DNA of 64,000 nucleotides from Candidatus Moraniibacteriota bacterium (GCA_037443825.1 JBBINP010000001.1:1430-65429), one strand, 5' to 3'. Shown: positions 45,574-56,420, numbered from the stretch's first letter. Numbers and translations: made by a program. The notes: generated by a model from the sequence alone, not told the origin.

Positions 45574-47326
45574 TTTTTATCAAGACCAGTCCGTAAGCGG
45601 AGATGATCCCCAAAATCCACCAGAAAATATTGCGATAATTCAGCCATCGGTTTGCGGACGGTTTTTGCATCTGGTTGATGAGCCAAAAAGAAATACTGCC
45701 GCCGAGAAAAGCCCACCAGAAAAGGCGCGGCTCGTTGAGTAAAACGACACTGAGCAAGTATGAAATAAAAACGCCTGATCCGACAATAATTTTTCCCCAT
45801 TGCTCTCCGAAAAGAACGGGAATGGTATAAACCCCGTCTTTTTTGTCGCCTGCGATATCTTTGAAATCTTTAAGCGGCAGGGAAAGCGTGTAGCTTATTG
45901 CTAAAAGCCATATTATGGCGGCGGGAAGTTGGCTGATGTTCTGATTCGGAGCAACAAGAATAAAACCGGAAAAAAGTATTAAAAGTGAAGCGATGGAGCT
46001 GGCAAAAGTGGCAATAATCGGGAAACGTTTGAGGCGCAGCGGCCAGCCGGAATAAATCCAGGCTACCGCTTGATAGACAAGAAGAAGCAGTGCGACTTTG
46101 AAATTTACAATAGCGGAAAAAAGAAGGGAGCCGAAAAAAAATATCCAGCCTAATGTTTTATATTCATCAATGGTAAAAACTTTTTTGATTAACGGGCGAT
46201 CGGCGTTGGCAATGGCGTCGATTTCTTGATCTTGAATGTCATTGGCCACCACCGATGCCAGCCAAGCCAACCACACGGCTTCTGTCAGGAGAAGAAAACT
46301 CAATATGTTGAAAAAGCTTAATGTTAAAACAGATCCGGAAAATTTGATTCCCAGCGCCAATCCCACAGCCAGCAATCCGCTATGATATAATAATTGCGGC
46401 GGCCGAGCGTTTTTGACGATTGCTAAAAATTTTTTCTTAAAAAATATCCAGCTTCCTCCGACTAACAATAAAGTCAAAAATAAAGCGTAAACAAAGCTCA
46501 TTTTTATATTAAGCGCGCTGACTATATCCGGTATTTCGCGGGAGAAAAAAATAGCCGGCGACAAAAACATTTGGGCTGTGTTTATTTCAGTGACATTGAA
46601 AAATCCTTTGGTAAAGCCGTCAATGGCAATCGCGATCCAAGATGGAAATGTGCCCAAGACAAAGAATATCGCGTAAGAAACCAATGTGACGAATATGGAA
46701 TAAAGAAATATTTTTTGGAGCAATATTGCGCATGAATTTCCTATTTTTAATTTCAAATTTTTAAATAAACAGTAATTTTCCAAAAAATTACACTTGCCTT
46801 TGAATATGACAGGATATTTAGTTTCAAAATTTCTTTGCCCGTATGTTTTTATAAAACTGTAAATAAAAATAAAAAACAGCGCCAGAGCCACTTCTATTCG
46901 CACGCCGTAAGTTATGCCGATATCCGGCTTATCGCCAAAAAAAGTCAGGAATCTTTTCAATAATCCGGCCAGGGAATCAAATTTATAAAAACTCCAAAAT
47001 CCATTGCCACTCGAAATAATATGGTCAAGAAGCGGGGGAGCGAGTATGATCAGGTGTCCATACAGCATGACATTAGCCGCTGAACGAAACCTGGTTTTTA
47101 GCAGACGAGAAAGAGTGAAAACGAAAAGCAAATAAGCTGACAGAAAAAAAAGCAAGGTGTGGGTAAATTGGTAAAAAATATAGAGTCCGGATTTGAAACG
47201 GAAATCTTGCAGCCAGTTTTCAATCAACAGGCGGACCAAAATAATGCTCAAAAAAGACGCTCCCCAGAGAGTTAGAGAGAAGCGGCTGGATTCAATTTTT
47301 TCAATTATTTTCAAGAAAATTGACAT
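45560..47326 (-). CDS. polytopic membrane protein with C-terminal UbiA-family prenyltransferase domain
   Basis: Two aspartate-rich motifs, ANDIQDQEID and KDFKDIAGDKKDG, in the C-terminal half; an N-terminal ~280-aa multi-TM extension. Confidence 0.6.
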   Translation of the reverse strand: MSIFLKIIEKIESSRFSLTLWGASFLSIILVRLLIENWLQDFRFKSGLYIFYQFTHTLLFFLSAYLLFVFTLSRLLKTRFRSAANVMLYGHLIILAPPLLDHIISSGNGFWSFYKFDSLAGLLKRFLTFFGDKPDIGITYGVRIEVALALFFIFIYSFIKTYGQRNFETKYPVIFKGKCNFLENYCLFKNLKLKIGNSCAILLQKIFLYSIFVTLVSYAIFFVLGTFPSWIAIAIDGFTKGFFNVTEINTAQMFLSPAIFFSREIPDIVSALNIKMSFVYALFLTLLLVGGSWIFFKKKFLAIVKNARPPQLLYHSGLLAVGLALGIKFSGSVLTLSFFNILSFLLLTEAVWLAWLASVVANDIQDQEIDAIANADRPLIKKVFTIDEYKTLGWIFFFGSLLFSAIVNFKVALLLLVYQAVAWIYSGWPLRLKRFPIIATFASSIASLLILFSGFILVAPNQNISQLPAAIIWLLAISYTLSLPLKDFKDIAGDKKDGVYTIPVLFGEQWGKIIVGSGVFISYLLSVVLLNEPRLFWWAFLGGSISFWLINQMQKPSANRWLNYRNIFWWILGIISAYGLVLIKIIFL

Positions 47327-47400
47327 ACGTACACTTTAACACTAAATCTGAAAAAATCGCAAGTCGCGGCGTTGCCGCAATCATGTGTTACAATGAAAAT

Positions 47401-49626
47401 ATGAATTATCATCCCATTCTTGATTATCTGAACCCAAACCAACGCGAAGCCGTAACTCAATCGGAGGGGCCGATTTTGATTATTGCCGGAGCCGGTTCGG
47501 GCAAAACCAAGACGCTTGTCCACAGAGTGGCTTATTTGGTGGCGGAAAAAAGCATTCATTCGCGCAATATTTTGGCGGTGACTTTCACCAACAAGGCGGC
47601 GCAGGAAATGAAGGAAAGAATTGCGAGATTATTGCGAACAGTCTCTCCCTGCGTGGATTATGAATTGCCGATAATCGGAACTTTTCACGCTGTCTGCGTC
47701 AGAATTTTGCGGATGGAAATTGATAAATTGGGCTACAAAAAATCCTTTGGTATTTTTGACGAGCAGGATTCCGCGGCGCTTTTGAAAAAAGTTACCAAAA
47801 AATTGGAAATTGATCCAAAACAATTCAATTTCGGCGTTTTTGCTTATGCTATCAGCAAGGCCAAAAACGAACTTATCGGTTCGGAAGCATTTGTCCGCCA
47901 AGCTGACGGATATTTTGAAGAAACAGTCGCGCGAGTCTACGGAGAATATCAAAGATCGCTGAAAGAGAACAATAGTCTTGATTTTGACGATCTGGTCATG
48001 CTGACTGTTGATCTTTTCCAAAAATTTCCCGAAATATTGTCAAAATATCAAAATATTTTCCGTTATATTTTGGTGGACGAATATCAGGATACCAATCAAT
48101 CGCAGTATGTTTTGGTCAATTTATTGGCGAAAAAGCACCGCAATTTGTGCGTGGTGGGAGATGATTGGCAGTCAATTTACGGCTGGCGGCAAGCGGACAT
48201 CCGCAATATTTTGAATTTTGAAAAAGATTATCCTGAAGCGAAAGTCGTGAAACTGGAACAAAACTATCGTTCCACTCAAATAATTCTGGACGCGGCTTAC
48301 GGTGTAATTTCCAAAAATATCAACCGCAAAGACAAAAATCTTTGGACGCAGCGGCAAGGAGGGCATCTGATTGTTTCCTGCGAAGCCAAAGACGAAGCTG
48401 AAGAAGCGGAGTTTGTGGCGAAGGAAATTTACAAAATAACAAGCGGCAATAATCCAGCGATTTTCAGACGCGATCGGGACAAAAGGCGGCATTCTTTCTC
48501 TGATTGCGTGGTGCTTTATCGGACCAACGCGCAATCGCGCGTTTTGGAGGAATTTTTTTTGCGGCGTTCATTGCCTTATCGGATTATTGGAGGCGTAAAA
48601 TTTTATCAGCGCAAAGAGGTAAAAGATATTGTCGCTTATTTGCGTTTAATCAATAATTTTGATGATGCTGTCGCGCTGGCGAGAATAATTAACGAACCGT
48701 GCAGGGGTATTGGGGAAACAACAATGAATAAATGGATAAGTTTGGCCAAGGAAAATGGAAAAGATTTGATTAATAACTGGCTGGATATCAGCGCGAATCC
48801 AAAATTCCCGTCCGAACCGGATAAGACGGCCAGAATTCAAAACTCAAAAATTGATTCTATATTGAAATTTTGCGATTTTATTAAGCGCATGAAAGAAACT
48901 CAAGAGCATTTGTTGTTGGCTGATTTTATCAGTAAAGTGTTTCGGGAAAGCGGCTATGAAAAAAAAATACTGGATGGAACGCCTGAAGGAGAGACGCGCT
49001 GGGAAAATATCCAGGAGCTTTTAAGCGTAACAAAAAAATACGCCGATAAAAATTCGGCAGAAGCGCTGGCGGCTTTTTTAGAGGAAGCCGCTTTGTCTGC
49101 TGATACGGATAAAATCAACCAGAAAAAGGATGTCGTTCATTTAATGACATTGCATAGCGCCAAAGGATTGGAGTTTCCGTTTGTTTTTATTGTTGGGCTG
49201 GAAGAAGGCATTTTGCCGCATTCCCGCAGCATGCTTTCCGAACAAGAGATGGAAGAAGAAAGACGCCTTATGTATGTTGGAATTACGCGGGCGAAAGAAA
49301 GGGTTTATTTGCTGTTTACCCGCGAACGGACGATTTTCGGCTCCACCCAGATCAATCCGCCATCCAGGTTTTTGGAAGACATTCCATCCTGTTTAATCAA
49401 AACACACGAACCGGAAATTGCGGATCAAAAAGTTAAAATTCATGAAAAGGAAAAAAATAATTCAAAATCCGCGGCAATTGTTTTTAAAGACGGCGATCAG
49501 GTAAAGCATCTTCAATTTGGCGAGGGTTTGGTGGTTTCCGTTCAGGGCGATGAAGTCACGATTGCCTTCAAGAAATTTGGAATTAAGAAATTCTCCATAT
49601 CTTTCGCGCCGTTGGAGAAAGTTTAA
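47401..49626 (+). CDS. pcrA: ATP-dependent DNA helicase PcrA/UvrD
   Basis: Walker A AGAGSGKT and the typical UvrD motifs (TFHAVCVRIL, VDEYQDTN, LEQNYRST, VTLMTLHSAKGLEF). The start was moved to ATG 47401. Confidence 0.9.
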   Translation: MNYHPILDYLNPNQREAVTQSEGPILIIAGAGSGKTKTLVHRVAYLVAEKSIHSRNILAVTFTNKAAQEMKERIARLLRTVSPCVDYELPIIGTFHAVCVRILRMEIDKLGYKKSFGIFDEQDSAALLKKVTKKLEIDPKQFNFGVFAYAISKAKNELIGSEAFVRQADGYFEETVARVYGEYQRSLKENNSLDFDDLVMLTVDLFQKFPEILSKYQNIFRYILVDEYQDTNQSQYVLVNLLAKKHRNLCVVGDDWQSIYGWRQADIRNILNFEKDYPEAKVVKLEQNYRSTQIILDAAYGVISKNINRKDKNLWTQRQGGHLIVSCEAKDEAEEAEFVAKEIYKITSGNNPAIFRRDRDKRRHSFSDCVVLYRTNAQSRVLEEFFLRRSLPYRIIGGVKFYQRKEVKDIVAYLRLINNFDDAVALARIINEPCRGIGETTMNKWISLAKENGKDLINNWLDISANPKFPSEPDKTARIQNSKIDSILKFCDFIKRMKETQEHLLLADFISKVFRESGYEKKILDGTPEGETRWENIQELLSVTKKYADKNSAEALAAFLEEAALSADTDKINQKKDVVHLMTLHSAKGLEFPFVFIVGLEEGILPHSRSMLSEQEMEEERRLMYVGITRAKERVYLLFTRERTIFGSTQINPPSRFLEDIPSCLIKTHEPEIADQKVKIHEKEKNNSKSAAIVFKDGDQVKHLQFGEGLVVSVQGDEVTIAFKKFGIKKFSISFAPLEKV

Positions 49627-49638
49627 TTGCGAATATCC

Positions 49639-50529
49639 ATGGAAAACGCAGTTCATTTTTACCAAAATTTACCTGGACGCATTGATCCGGTTGTTTTTGC
49701 GGCGGGACCGATTTCTGTAAGATGGTACGCTCTGATGTACGTTTTGGCTTTTTTGACGATTTACATTCTTTTGATTTACAGAATCAAAAAAAAAGAATTT
49801 TTTTTCTATAAAATTTCTGGTTATGATTCGGCGGGAAGTTTTGTTATAAACCTTCTTTTTTTCGCTTTTTGGGGGATGTTTATCGGTGGTCGCTTGGGCT
49901 ATGTTTTTTTTTACGATCTTGCCTATTACGCGAAGCATCCATGGGAAGCATTGTTGCCGATTCAAATCATCAATGGCAACTGGCACTTCGTCGGTTATTA
50001 CGGAATGAGTTATTTTGGAGGACTTGTCGGAATTGTTATCGCCGGATTTTTGTTTGCGCGGGTCAATAGAATGAGCTTCCACCGCTTGGCTGAATTTGTC
50101 GTTCCAGCCGTTCCGGCGGGATATTTCTGGGGACGGATAGGCAATTTCTTAAACGGGGAACTTTACGGACGCGCAACTGAAAAATTTTGGGGGATGTATT
50201 TTTCGGCCGACGCGTTTGGTTTTTTGCGCCATCCGTCGCAGCTTTATGAAGCCTTTTTTGAGGGCCTGGTTTTGTTTACGATTCTTTGGCTGTTAAGAAA
50301 TAACAAAAAGCTTGTCATTCATGGTTTGCTATTCGCCGTTTACTTGTTTGGTTACGGTTTTTTTCGTTTTTGGATTGAATTTTGGCGCGAGCCGGATTCG
50401 CAAAACGGATTGTTTTTCGGTTTTCTTTCTTTGGGACAAATATTTTCTCTTTGTCTGATGTTGGCGGCGATCTTGCCGCATCTCGGGATTTTTAAAAGTT
50501 TTTTTTCAAAACATGAGATTTCAAAATAG
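49639..50529 (+). CDS. lgt: prolipoprotein diacylglyceryl transferase
   Basis: Lgt signature GRIGNFLNGELYG and a multi-TM topology. Confidence 0.8.
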   Translation: MENAVHFYQNLPGRIDPVVFAAGPISVRWYALMYVLAFLTIYILLIYRIKKKEFFFYKISGYDSAGSFVINLLFFAFWGMFIGGRLGYVFFYDLAYYAKHPWEALLPIQIINGNWHFVGYYGMSYFGGLVGIVIAGFLFARVNRMSFHRLAEFVVPAVPAGYFWGRIGNFLNGELYGRATEKFWGMYFSADAFGFLRHPSQLYEAFFEGLVLFTILWLLRNNKKLVIHGLLFAVYLFGYGFFRFWIEFWREPDSQNGLFFGFLSLGQIFSLCLMLAAILPHLGIFKSFFSKHEISK

Positions 50530-51979
50530 TATTTCTGAATATTTGGAAAAATTTTCTGTTCAGGCGGCGCTGGGTATTGTTTCCGCCGTTTTATATTTTT
50601 TTTCTACGCCGGCGCCGGATATTTATTATCATTGGGGACCGCTTATTTTTTTCGCTCTGCTCCCGGTTTTTTTGTCGCTGGCGTGCGTTAAAAGTGAAAC
50701 AAAAGGATTTTTGATTTTGTTTATATTTTCCTTTACGGTTTATCTTTTGTCCATGTACTGGCTTAAAAATTCGCACTGGATTATTTGGCTTTCTTTTTCT
50801 TTGCTTTACGCTCTCTACTATGCCTTTTTGGGACCTTTGTATGTCTTTCTTAATCGTCGATTGCCTTTTTTGAATCCCGTCTCCTTTCCTTTTCTTTGGA
50901 TTTTGGCTGATTGGGCAAGGGCGCAGGGTTGGTGGGGTCTTCCTTTTGGAAACGCCGCTCAATCACTTTTTAATTATCCTTATTTTATTCAGGCGGCTGA
51001 AATTGGAGGCGAGCTCTCCGTCACTTTTGTCATAGTTTCTCTTAATGCCGTTTGGGCGGCTCTGGCGATTTCTTTTTTCAAAAAAAGGAGAATGAAAAAA
51101 GGCGAATTGGCGGTTATATTTTTGTTGTTTGCGGTTTTTGTTGCTAGCTTCCTTTTCAGTTATTTTAGATTTAAGAGTTTCAAAAATCAATCTTCGCTTG
51201 AAACTCTGAGTGTTTTGGCGGTTAATCCGGATGTTGATGAAATTGACGAATCAGCAAGATTAAACGCTTATATTAATTTGAGCCAAAAAGGACTGGAAAG
51301 TTTTTGGAACGCGGATCTTTTGGTTTGGAATGAAGGTTCGGTTGTCAGCCATATTTTCTTAAAAGAAGGTCTGGGAGAAATTTTTTATAATTTTGACGAA
51401 CCAGACGTTTTTCGTCTCAGAAAGTTCATAATCAATTCGCAAAAACCGCTTTTGCTGGGAGGGTATGTGTATGATTATTCGGCAAAAAAGAGGATTATTT
51501 ACAACTGTTCCCTGTTGATTTCTTCCCGTGCGGAGATACTGGATTATTATTGCAAAAACCGTTTAATTTTTTTTGGCGAATATTTGCCCGAACAATTCAG
51601 CTTCCTTAATCGTTTCGCGGAAAATCTTTATTTGACGCAAAAAAAGCCGATGTCAAAAAAAACTGTTTTTGAAATAAATAATTGGCGCTTTATTGCGCCG
51701 ATTTGCAGTGAAAACGGATTTGGCGATTTGGTTGCCGGTTACGCGAAAAATAAAGACGTGGATTTTATGGTTAATTTATCCAATGACAATTTTCTGAAAA
51801 GTCGTAGAGCGTCATTTCAACATTTGGCGGCCAATGCTTTTCGGGCGGTGGAAAATCGCTTTCCTGTTGTTTTTTCAACCAATAGCGGTTACAGCGGAAT
51901 GATGGATGAAAAAGGCGTTATTGATGAAAAATCAATGCTTGAAAAAGCGGGATATGCGCTTTTCCGCTTGGAAAAATAA
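50513..51979 (+). CDS. lnt: apolipoprotein N-acyltransferase
   Basis: N-terminal polytopic membrane domain plus a C-terminal CN-hydrolase domain (ENRFPVVFSTNSGYSGMMDEKG). Confidence 0.7.
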   Translation: MRFQNSISEYLEKFSVQAALGIVSAVLYFFSTPAPDIYYHWGPLIFFALLPVFLSLACVKSETKGFLILFIFSFTVYLLSMYWLKNSHWIIWLSFSLLYALYYAFLGPLYVFLNRRLPFLNPVSFPFLWILADWARAQGWWGLPFGNAAQSLFNYPYFIQAAEIGGELSVTFVIVSLNAVWAALAISFFKKRRMKKGELAVIFLLFAVFVASFLFSYFRFKSFKNQSSLETLSVLAVNPDVDEIDESARLNAYINLSQKGLESFWNADLLVWNEGSVVSHIFLKEGLGEIFYNFDEPDVFRLRKFIINSQKPLLLGGYVYDYSAKKRIIYNCSLLISSRAEILDYYCKNRLIFFGEYLPEQFSFLNRFAENLYLTQKKPMSKKTVFEINNWRFIAPICSENGFGDLVAGYAKNKDVDFMVNLSNDNFLKSRRASFQHLAANAFRAVENRFPVVFSTNSGYSGMMDEKGVIDEKSMLEKAGYALFRLEK

Positions 51980-52059
51980 TTTTTTTTGAATTTATTCTTG
52001 TCAAAAAACAGAAATCGCGGTATAATAGCAAAGGAACAATACAAAGATAAAACAATTTA

Positions 52060-53133
52060 TTGATGAAAAAAGATAAAAATAGATCGTATTTCATGGACAG
52101 CGCCTGGGTTAAGCGGAAAACGAGTTGTTTTACCGATATTCCGAACATCAAAAAAAGCATTCAAAATTATAAATCAAAAAACACAAAACCCGTTCTTTTT
52201 TCGCGCGGAAAAAGAACAGTTTCTTTTTTTACCGAGGATTCCAAAAAATATCTTTCTCCTAGGGAAAAGATATGGCTGGAGAGAGGTCTGGTTGTAAATC
52301 GGGCGAGCAATCACATGGATAGTGTTGCGGAAAGAATCGCGCGAAATTATTTAACTTATTATCCCAGTCGTCGCGGCGGATTGGCGCTGTCTTTTTTAAA
52401 GCGATATGAAAAATTCAAAAACGACTTTCAATCAGAGTCTGTTTTGCGTTTGTGGCATATGAATCCGCAAAAAATTTGGAACGCTTCCATAATCGGAGCT
52501 TTGCTTCTGGGAATGATTTCCATGACATTGATTTACCGTTATTTGGGAGAAGGAGTGTTGGCCAAATCGAAAAATGTTCCGTTAGTTGTCAATGTTGATC
52601 AAAAACAGGACAGCCAAATATTGGGCGCTAATGATGCGATTGACCGGGATATTAAAGAAGAAGTGCAGTATATTGGCCGAATGTTTCAGGAAGCGGAAAA
52701 TAAAAAACAGGAAGAATTTGAGAAAGAAATCCTTTCTTTGGTCAAAGGATATCCGATTGAAAAAATGGTTCCGTATATTGCGGAAAAAGACAAGATTGTC
52801 GCGGCTTTTTTAGTGGCAATTGCCAAAAAAGAAAGTAATTGGGGCCGCCGCGTGCCGGTGCTTAACGGGCAAGATTGCCATAATTTTTGGGGTTATCGCG
52901 GGAAGCGAGCGCGCATGGGAACTGGTGAACATACCTGTTTTGACAGTCCTGAAGACGCGGTGGATACGGTGGCTAAAAGGATTCAATTTCTGGTTTCCAA
53001 CAAAAAACTTAATACTCCCGAGAAAATGGTGATTTGGAAATGCGGATCTGATTGCGAGGCGACTGGCGGCCGCGAGGCGGCGTTAAAATGGATAAGTGAC
53101 GTTAATTTGTATTTTCAGAAACTAAACTATTAA
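52060..53133 (+). CDS. membrane-anchored hypothetical protein (possible lysozyme/transglycosylase-like C-terminal domain)
   Basis: One TM helix (IIGALLLGMISMTLIY). AIAKKESNWG faintly resembles the SLT active-site region; this is a weak call. Confidence 0.45.
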   Translation: MMKKDKNRSYFMDSAWVKRKTSCFTDIPNIKKSIQNYKSKNTKPVLFSRGKRTVSFFTEDSKKYLSPREKIWLERGLVVNRASNHMDSVAERIARNYLTYYPSRRGGLALSFLKRYEKFKNDFQSESVLRLWHMNPQKIWNASIIGALLLGMISMTLIYRYLGEGVLAKSKNVPLVVNVDQKQDSQILGANDAIDRDIKEEVQYIGRMFQEAENKKQEEFEKEILSLVKGYPIEKMVPYIAEKDKIVAAFLVAIAKKESNWGRRVPVLNGQDCHNFWGYRGKRARMGTGEHTCFDSPEDAVDTVAKRIQFLVSNKKLNTPEKMVIWKCGSDCEATGGREAALKWISDVNLYFQKLNY

Positions 53134-53195
53134 AAAAGATTCGCGGAAATGATTATTCTTTCAAAAATAAATGAAAACATCTGTTTGTGTTGTTT

Positions 53196-54308
53196 ATGAG
53201 TAAGATTTTTGTTTTAATTGTTATTGTGGCCGGTATTTTCGGTATTGGAGCCGGCTTTTTTTATTATCCAAAATTTTTTCAAGTAGGAATTTCTTTTGCT
53301 AAAACGAAAGAAATAAATCCCCGCGAACCGTTGGTGGTTAATTTCGCGTATCCAATGGTTCGAGAAACAGTGGAAAAAAATACGGAAATCCGTCCGGCAA
53401 CGGAGGTTTTTTTCAAGTGGGAAAATTCAAACAAAAAACTTTCAATTATTCCGCGCGAATTATGGCGGCCGGGGGAGGCGTATTTTATAAAAATTAATGG
53501 AGGGAAAAACATAATGTTGGTGCGGGAGACCAAAAGCATTTCTTTTGAAACAATTCCTTATCCGTATATTAAAAATTTTTTTCCGGCATCGGGCGCCAAA
53601 GATGTTTTGGTTGGCATTGAGGATCCTATAATGGCGGAATTCAACAAGCCGCTGGGAGATTTTAAGGTGAAATTCGCGATTAATCCCGCCGCGGATTTGT
53701 TTCATGAAATCAGCGGTGACGGGAGTCAAATCAAACTGCTGCCGCGAAGCGATTTGCGGCGCGGAGCCAAGTACGCAGTTGAAATTTACGTCCAGCATAA
53801 AGCGGAAAAAAATAATTATCGCAAAATTTATGAAACCGCGTTTGAGACGTTGCCGCCGTTGCCCGAACAGTGGGAAAAAGATCTGGTTAAGCGTCTTGAA
53901 CAAGCGAAAAAATTTACTAACGCGAAAATAAAAGAAGGAAAATATATTGACATTAATTTAAAAATTCAGACAATGGTGATTTTTGAAAACGGCAGGGCAC
54001 TGGACGCTTTTCTTGTTTCCACGGGCAAGCGAGGTATGGAAACGCCGCAAGGATCTTTCGCGATTAGAAACAAATCGCCGCGTCCATGGTCAAAACGATA
54101 CAGTCTTTTCATGCCGTATTGGAACGCTATTGTCGCTGATGGCAAGTTTGGCATTCATGAACTTCCGGAATGGCCGGGTGGATACAAAGAGGGCGAAAAA
54201 CATTTGGGTATTCCGGTTTCTCACGGATGCGTCCGGTTGGGAATCGGTCCGGCGCAAAAGGTTTATGAATGGGCGCCCATCGGCACGCCGGTTATAATTC
54301 ATGATTAA
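53196..54308 (+). CDS. L,D-transpeptidase (YkuD domain) with N-terminal Ig-like domains
   Basis: Catalytic motif HG...SHGCVRL near the C-terminus. The start was moved to ATG 53196. Confidence 0.75.
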   Translation: MSKIFVLIVIVAGIFGIGAGFFYYPKFFQVGISFAKTKEINPREPLVVNFAYPMVRETVEKNTEIRPATEVFFKWENSNKKLSIIPRELWRPGEAYFIKINGGKNIMLVRETKSISFETIPYPYIKNFFPASGAKDVLVGIEDPIMAEFNKPLGDFKVKFAINPAADLFHEISGDGSQIKLLPRSDLRRGAKYAVEIYVQHKAEKNNYRKIYETAFETLPPLPEQWEKDLVKRLEQAKKFTNAKIKEGKYIDINLKIQTMVIFENGRALDAFLVSTGKRGMETPQGSFAIRNKSPRPWSKRYSLFMPYWNAIVADGKFGIHELPEWPGGYKEGEKHLGIPVSHGCVRLGIGPAQKVYEWAPIGTPVIIHD

Positions 54309-54604
54309 TTTTTAAGAATCGCCGGTTGTGTTGAAACTTTCTTTATGGTAAAATATAAGCAGATTTTAAAGAAACTTGTGATAACATAGAGCCAGTATTA
54401 GTGTTTAATTATGTTTTATGCCGCCTTTTTCGTGCGACGACGGCATCAACAATCCAGAATCCGTCTAATTGGGGCAGCAATTTTGATTGGAGGCGTGTTG
54501 AAAAGATACGCAGTTTATTTTAAGAAAAACAAAGCCGGATATATAATTTTTCGGAAAAAAGCCGGAATTCACGTTTTTTAATCACTTTTTTTGAGGCAAT
54601 AACG

Positions 54605-55321
54605 ATGAAAAAAAATAAAATCGCCGTTTTTGATGTTGACGGCACGATATTCAGAAAAAATCTGCACTTTGAGCTGATTGACGAATTGTCCTGGCTCAAG
54701 GTTTTTCCGCGCGAAGTTCGCAACAAACTGGTTAATTCTTACGTCCGCTGGATGGAACATCAAGGCACCTATGAAACATATCGCAAAGATCTAGTGGATT
54801 TATACGCCCAATATATTCGCGGCTGCCGCCAGGAAGATGTTTTCAAAGCCAGCAAGGTTGTTGTTCCTTTTTACGCACAGCGGACATATATTTTCGCCGA
54901 GAAATTAATCAGGAAATTAAAAAAAGAAAACTATTGCGTTATCGCGGTCTCCGGATCGCCTTCGGAAATCGTGGAGGAATATAATCGCAGTTATTTGAAA
55001 TTTGACGCCGCTTTCGGAAGCGTTTATGAAGCTGATAAAAAAGGCGTTTATACGGGAAAAGTTCTTTTTGAGCCGACAAAACACAAAGGCGCTTTGGTTA
55101 AGCAGTATTTGTATGAAAATAAATTAACACTTAAAGATTCATATGGCATCGGGGATACTGAGTCGGACGCGAGTTTTTTGGAAATAGTGGAGCATCCAAT
55201 TGCCTTCAATCCGAACCAAAATCTCAAAGAAATCGCGGAAAAAAAAGGATGGAGAATCGTTGTGGAGAAAAAAGATGTTATTTATGATATCTGTCCCGCT
55301 TTTTCGGATAACTGCCGCTAA
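54605..55321 (+). CDS. HAD-superfamily hydrolase (HAD-IB-like)
   Basis: Motif I AVFDVDGTI and the distal GIGDTESD-type motif. Confidence 0.65.
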   Translation: MKKNKIAVFDVDGTIFRKNLHFELIDELSWLKVFPREVRNKLVNSYVRWMEHQGTYETYRKDLVDLYAQYIRGCRQEDVFKASKVVVPFYAQRTYIFAEKLIRKLKKENYCVIAVSGSPSEIVEEYNRSYLKFDAAFGSVYEADKKGVYTGKVLFEPTKHKGALVKQYLYENKLTLKDSYGIGDTESDASFLEIVEHPIAFNPNQNLKEIAEKKGWRIVVEKKDVIYDICPAFSDNCR

Positions 55322-55418
55322 CGCAATGGTTTTTTGCTGATGCGGTTTGTCGGTTTGATCGGAATTGCAATCTATCCGGTTGGCGCAAATTTTAAAATAA
55401 TTTTTCAAACATAAATTC

Positions 55419-56420
55419 ATGAAATATTGCGCGTTTAATATGAGAATTTTCGCGATTCAAACAATGGCGGCGGTGTTGATAATTCTTGTCGGTTCCATGT
55501 TTTTTTTCGCGAAAACGGCAATCAGCCAAATTTTGGCTGGGGCGGCTTTTTTGCTCGCGGGCGGGGTAGGGTGGATGCTTGTGAAATTCGTAAAAATAGA
55601 GACGAGGGAAAAGGATGAATTGTCAATCACGTCAAAACGACTGGCGATAGTAAATGAACAAATAAGAAAATTGGACAGCGCCAAAAGCGAGTTTATTTCC
55701 ATCGCCTCTCATCAATTGCGCACGCCCCTGACCGCCATAAAGGGTTTTGTGTCGCTTCTTATGGAAGGAACTTACGGAAAATTGGGAACGCGCCAGCAGG
55801 AAGCGCTTGCCAAAGTGTATGCTTCCAACGAGCGGCTCGCGAATCTGGTGGAAGATCTTCTGAATATTTCGCGCATTGAATCGGGACGAATGGAGTTCAG
55901 GTTTCAACTTTGGAAAATTGAAGACATTTGCCGTGAAACGGCAGACGCTTTTGTTTTTCGCGCCCGCGAAAAAAAGTTAAAACTAGAATATAAAGCGCCG
56001 AAAGAACCGTTGCCGGAAATTTTAGTTGATGGCGCCAAAGTGCGCGAAGTCATTTCCAACTTAATGGATAACGCCATTAAATATACTTTAAAAGGCGGAG
56101 TGATTTTGCGTTCGGAGCTTGTGAACGGCGGAAAAAAACAATCGGAGAATGACGGGCAATTCATTAGAATTACGGTTAGCGATACCGGAATAGGAATTCC
56201 GGCGGATGAAATTCCGCATCTTTTCACCAAATTTTTCCGCGGAAAAAACACCAGTCGGATTTCTGCCGGCGGGACCGGATTGGGTCTTTATGTCGGCAAA
56301 TCAATAATTAAATCCAATGGCGGAAAGATATGGGCTGAAAGCCATGGGATTAACAGGGGATCGAAATTTTTCATTGAATTGCCGGTCAAACAAGAAAAAA
56401 ATCTGAAACATAGGGAATAA
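55419..56420 (+). CDS. sensor histidine kinase (orphan; no cognate response regulator in the window)
   Basis: Two N-terminal TM helices, the H-box SIASHQLRTPLTAIKGF, and HATPase_c motifs (DNAIKYT, GTGLGLYV). Confidence 0.8.
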   Translation: MKYCAFNMRIFAIQTMAAVLIILVGSMFFFAKTAISQILAGAAFLLAGGVGWMLVKFVKIETREKDELSITSKRLAIVNEQIRKLDSAKSEFISIASHQLRTPLTAIKGFVSLLMEGTYGKLGTRQQEALAKVYASNERLANLVEDLLNISRIESGRMEFRFQLWKIEDICRETADAFVFRAREKKLKLEYKAPKEPLPEILVDGAKVREVISNLMDNAIKYTLKGGVILRSELVNGGKKQSENDGQFIRITVSDTGIGIPADEIPHLFTKFFRGKNTSRISAGGTGLGLYVGKSIIKSNGGKIWAESHGINRGSKFFIELPVKQEKNLKHRE

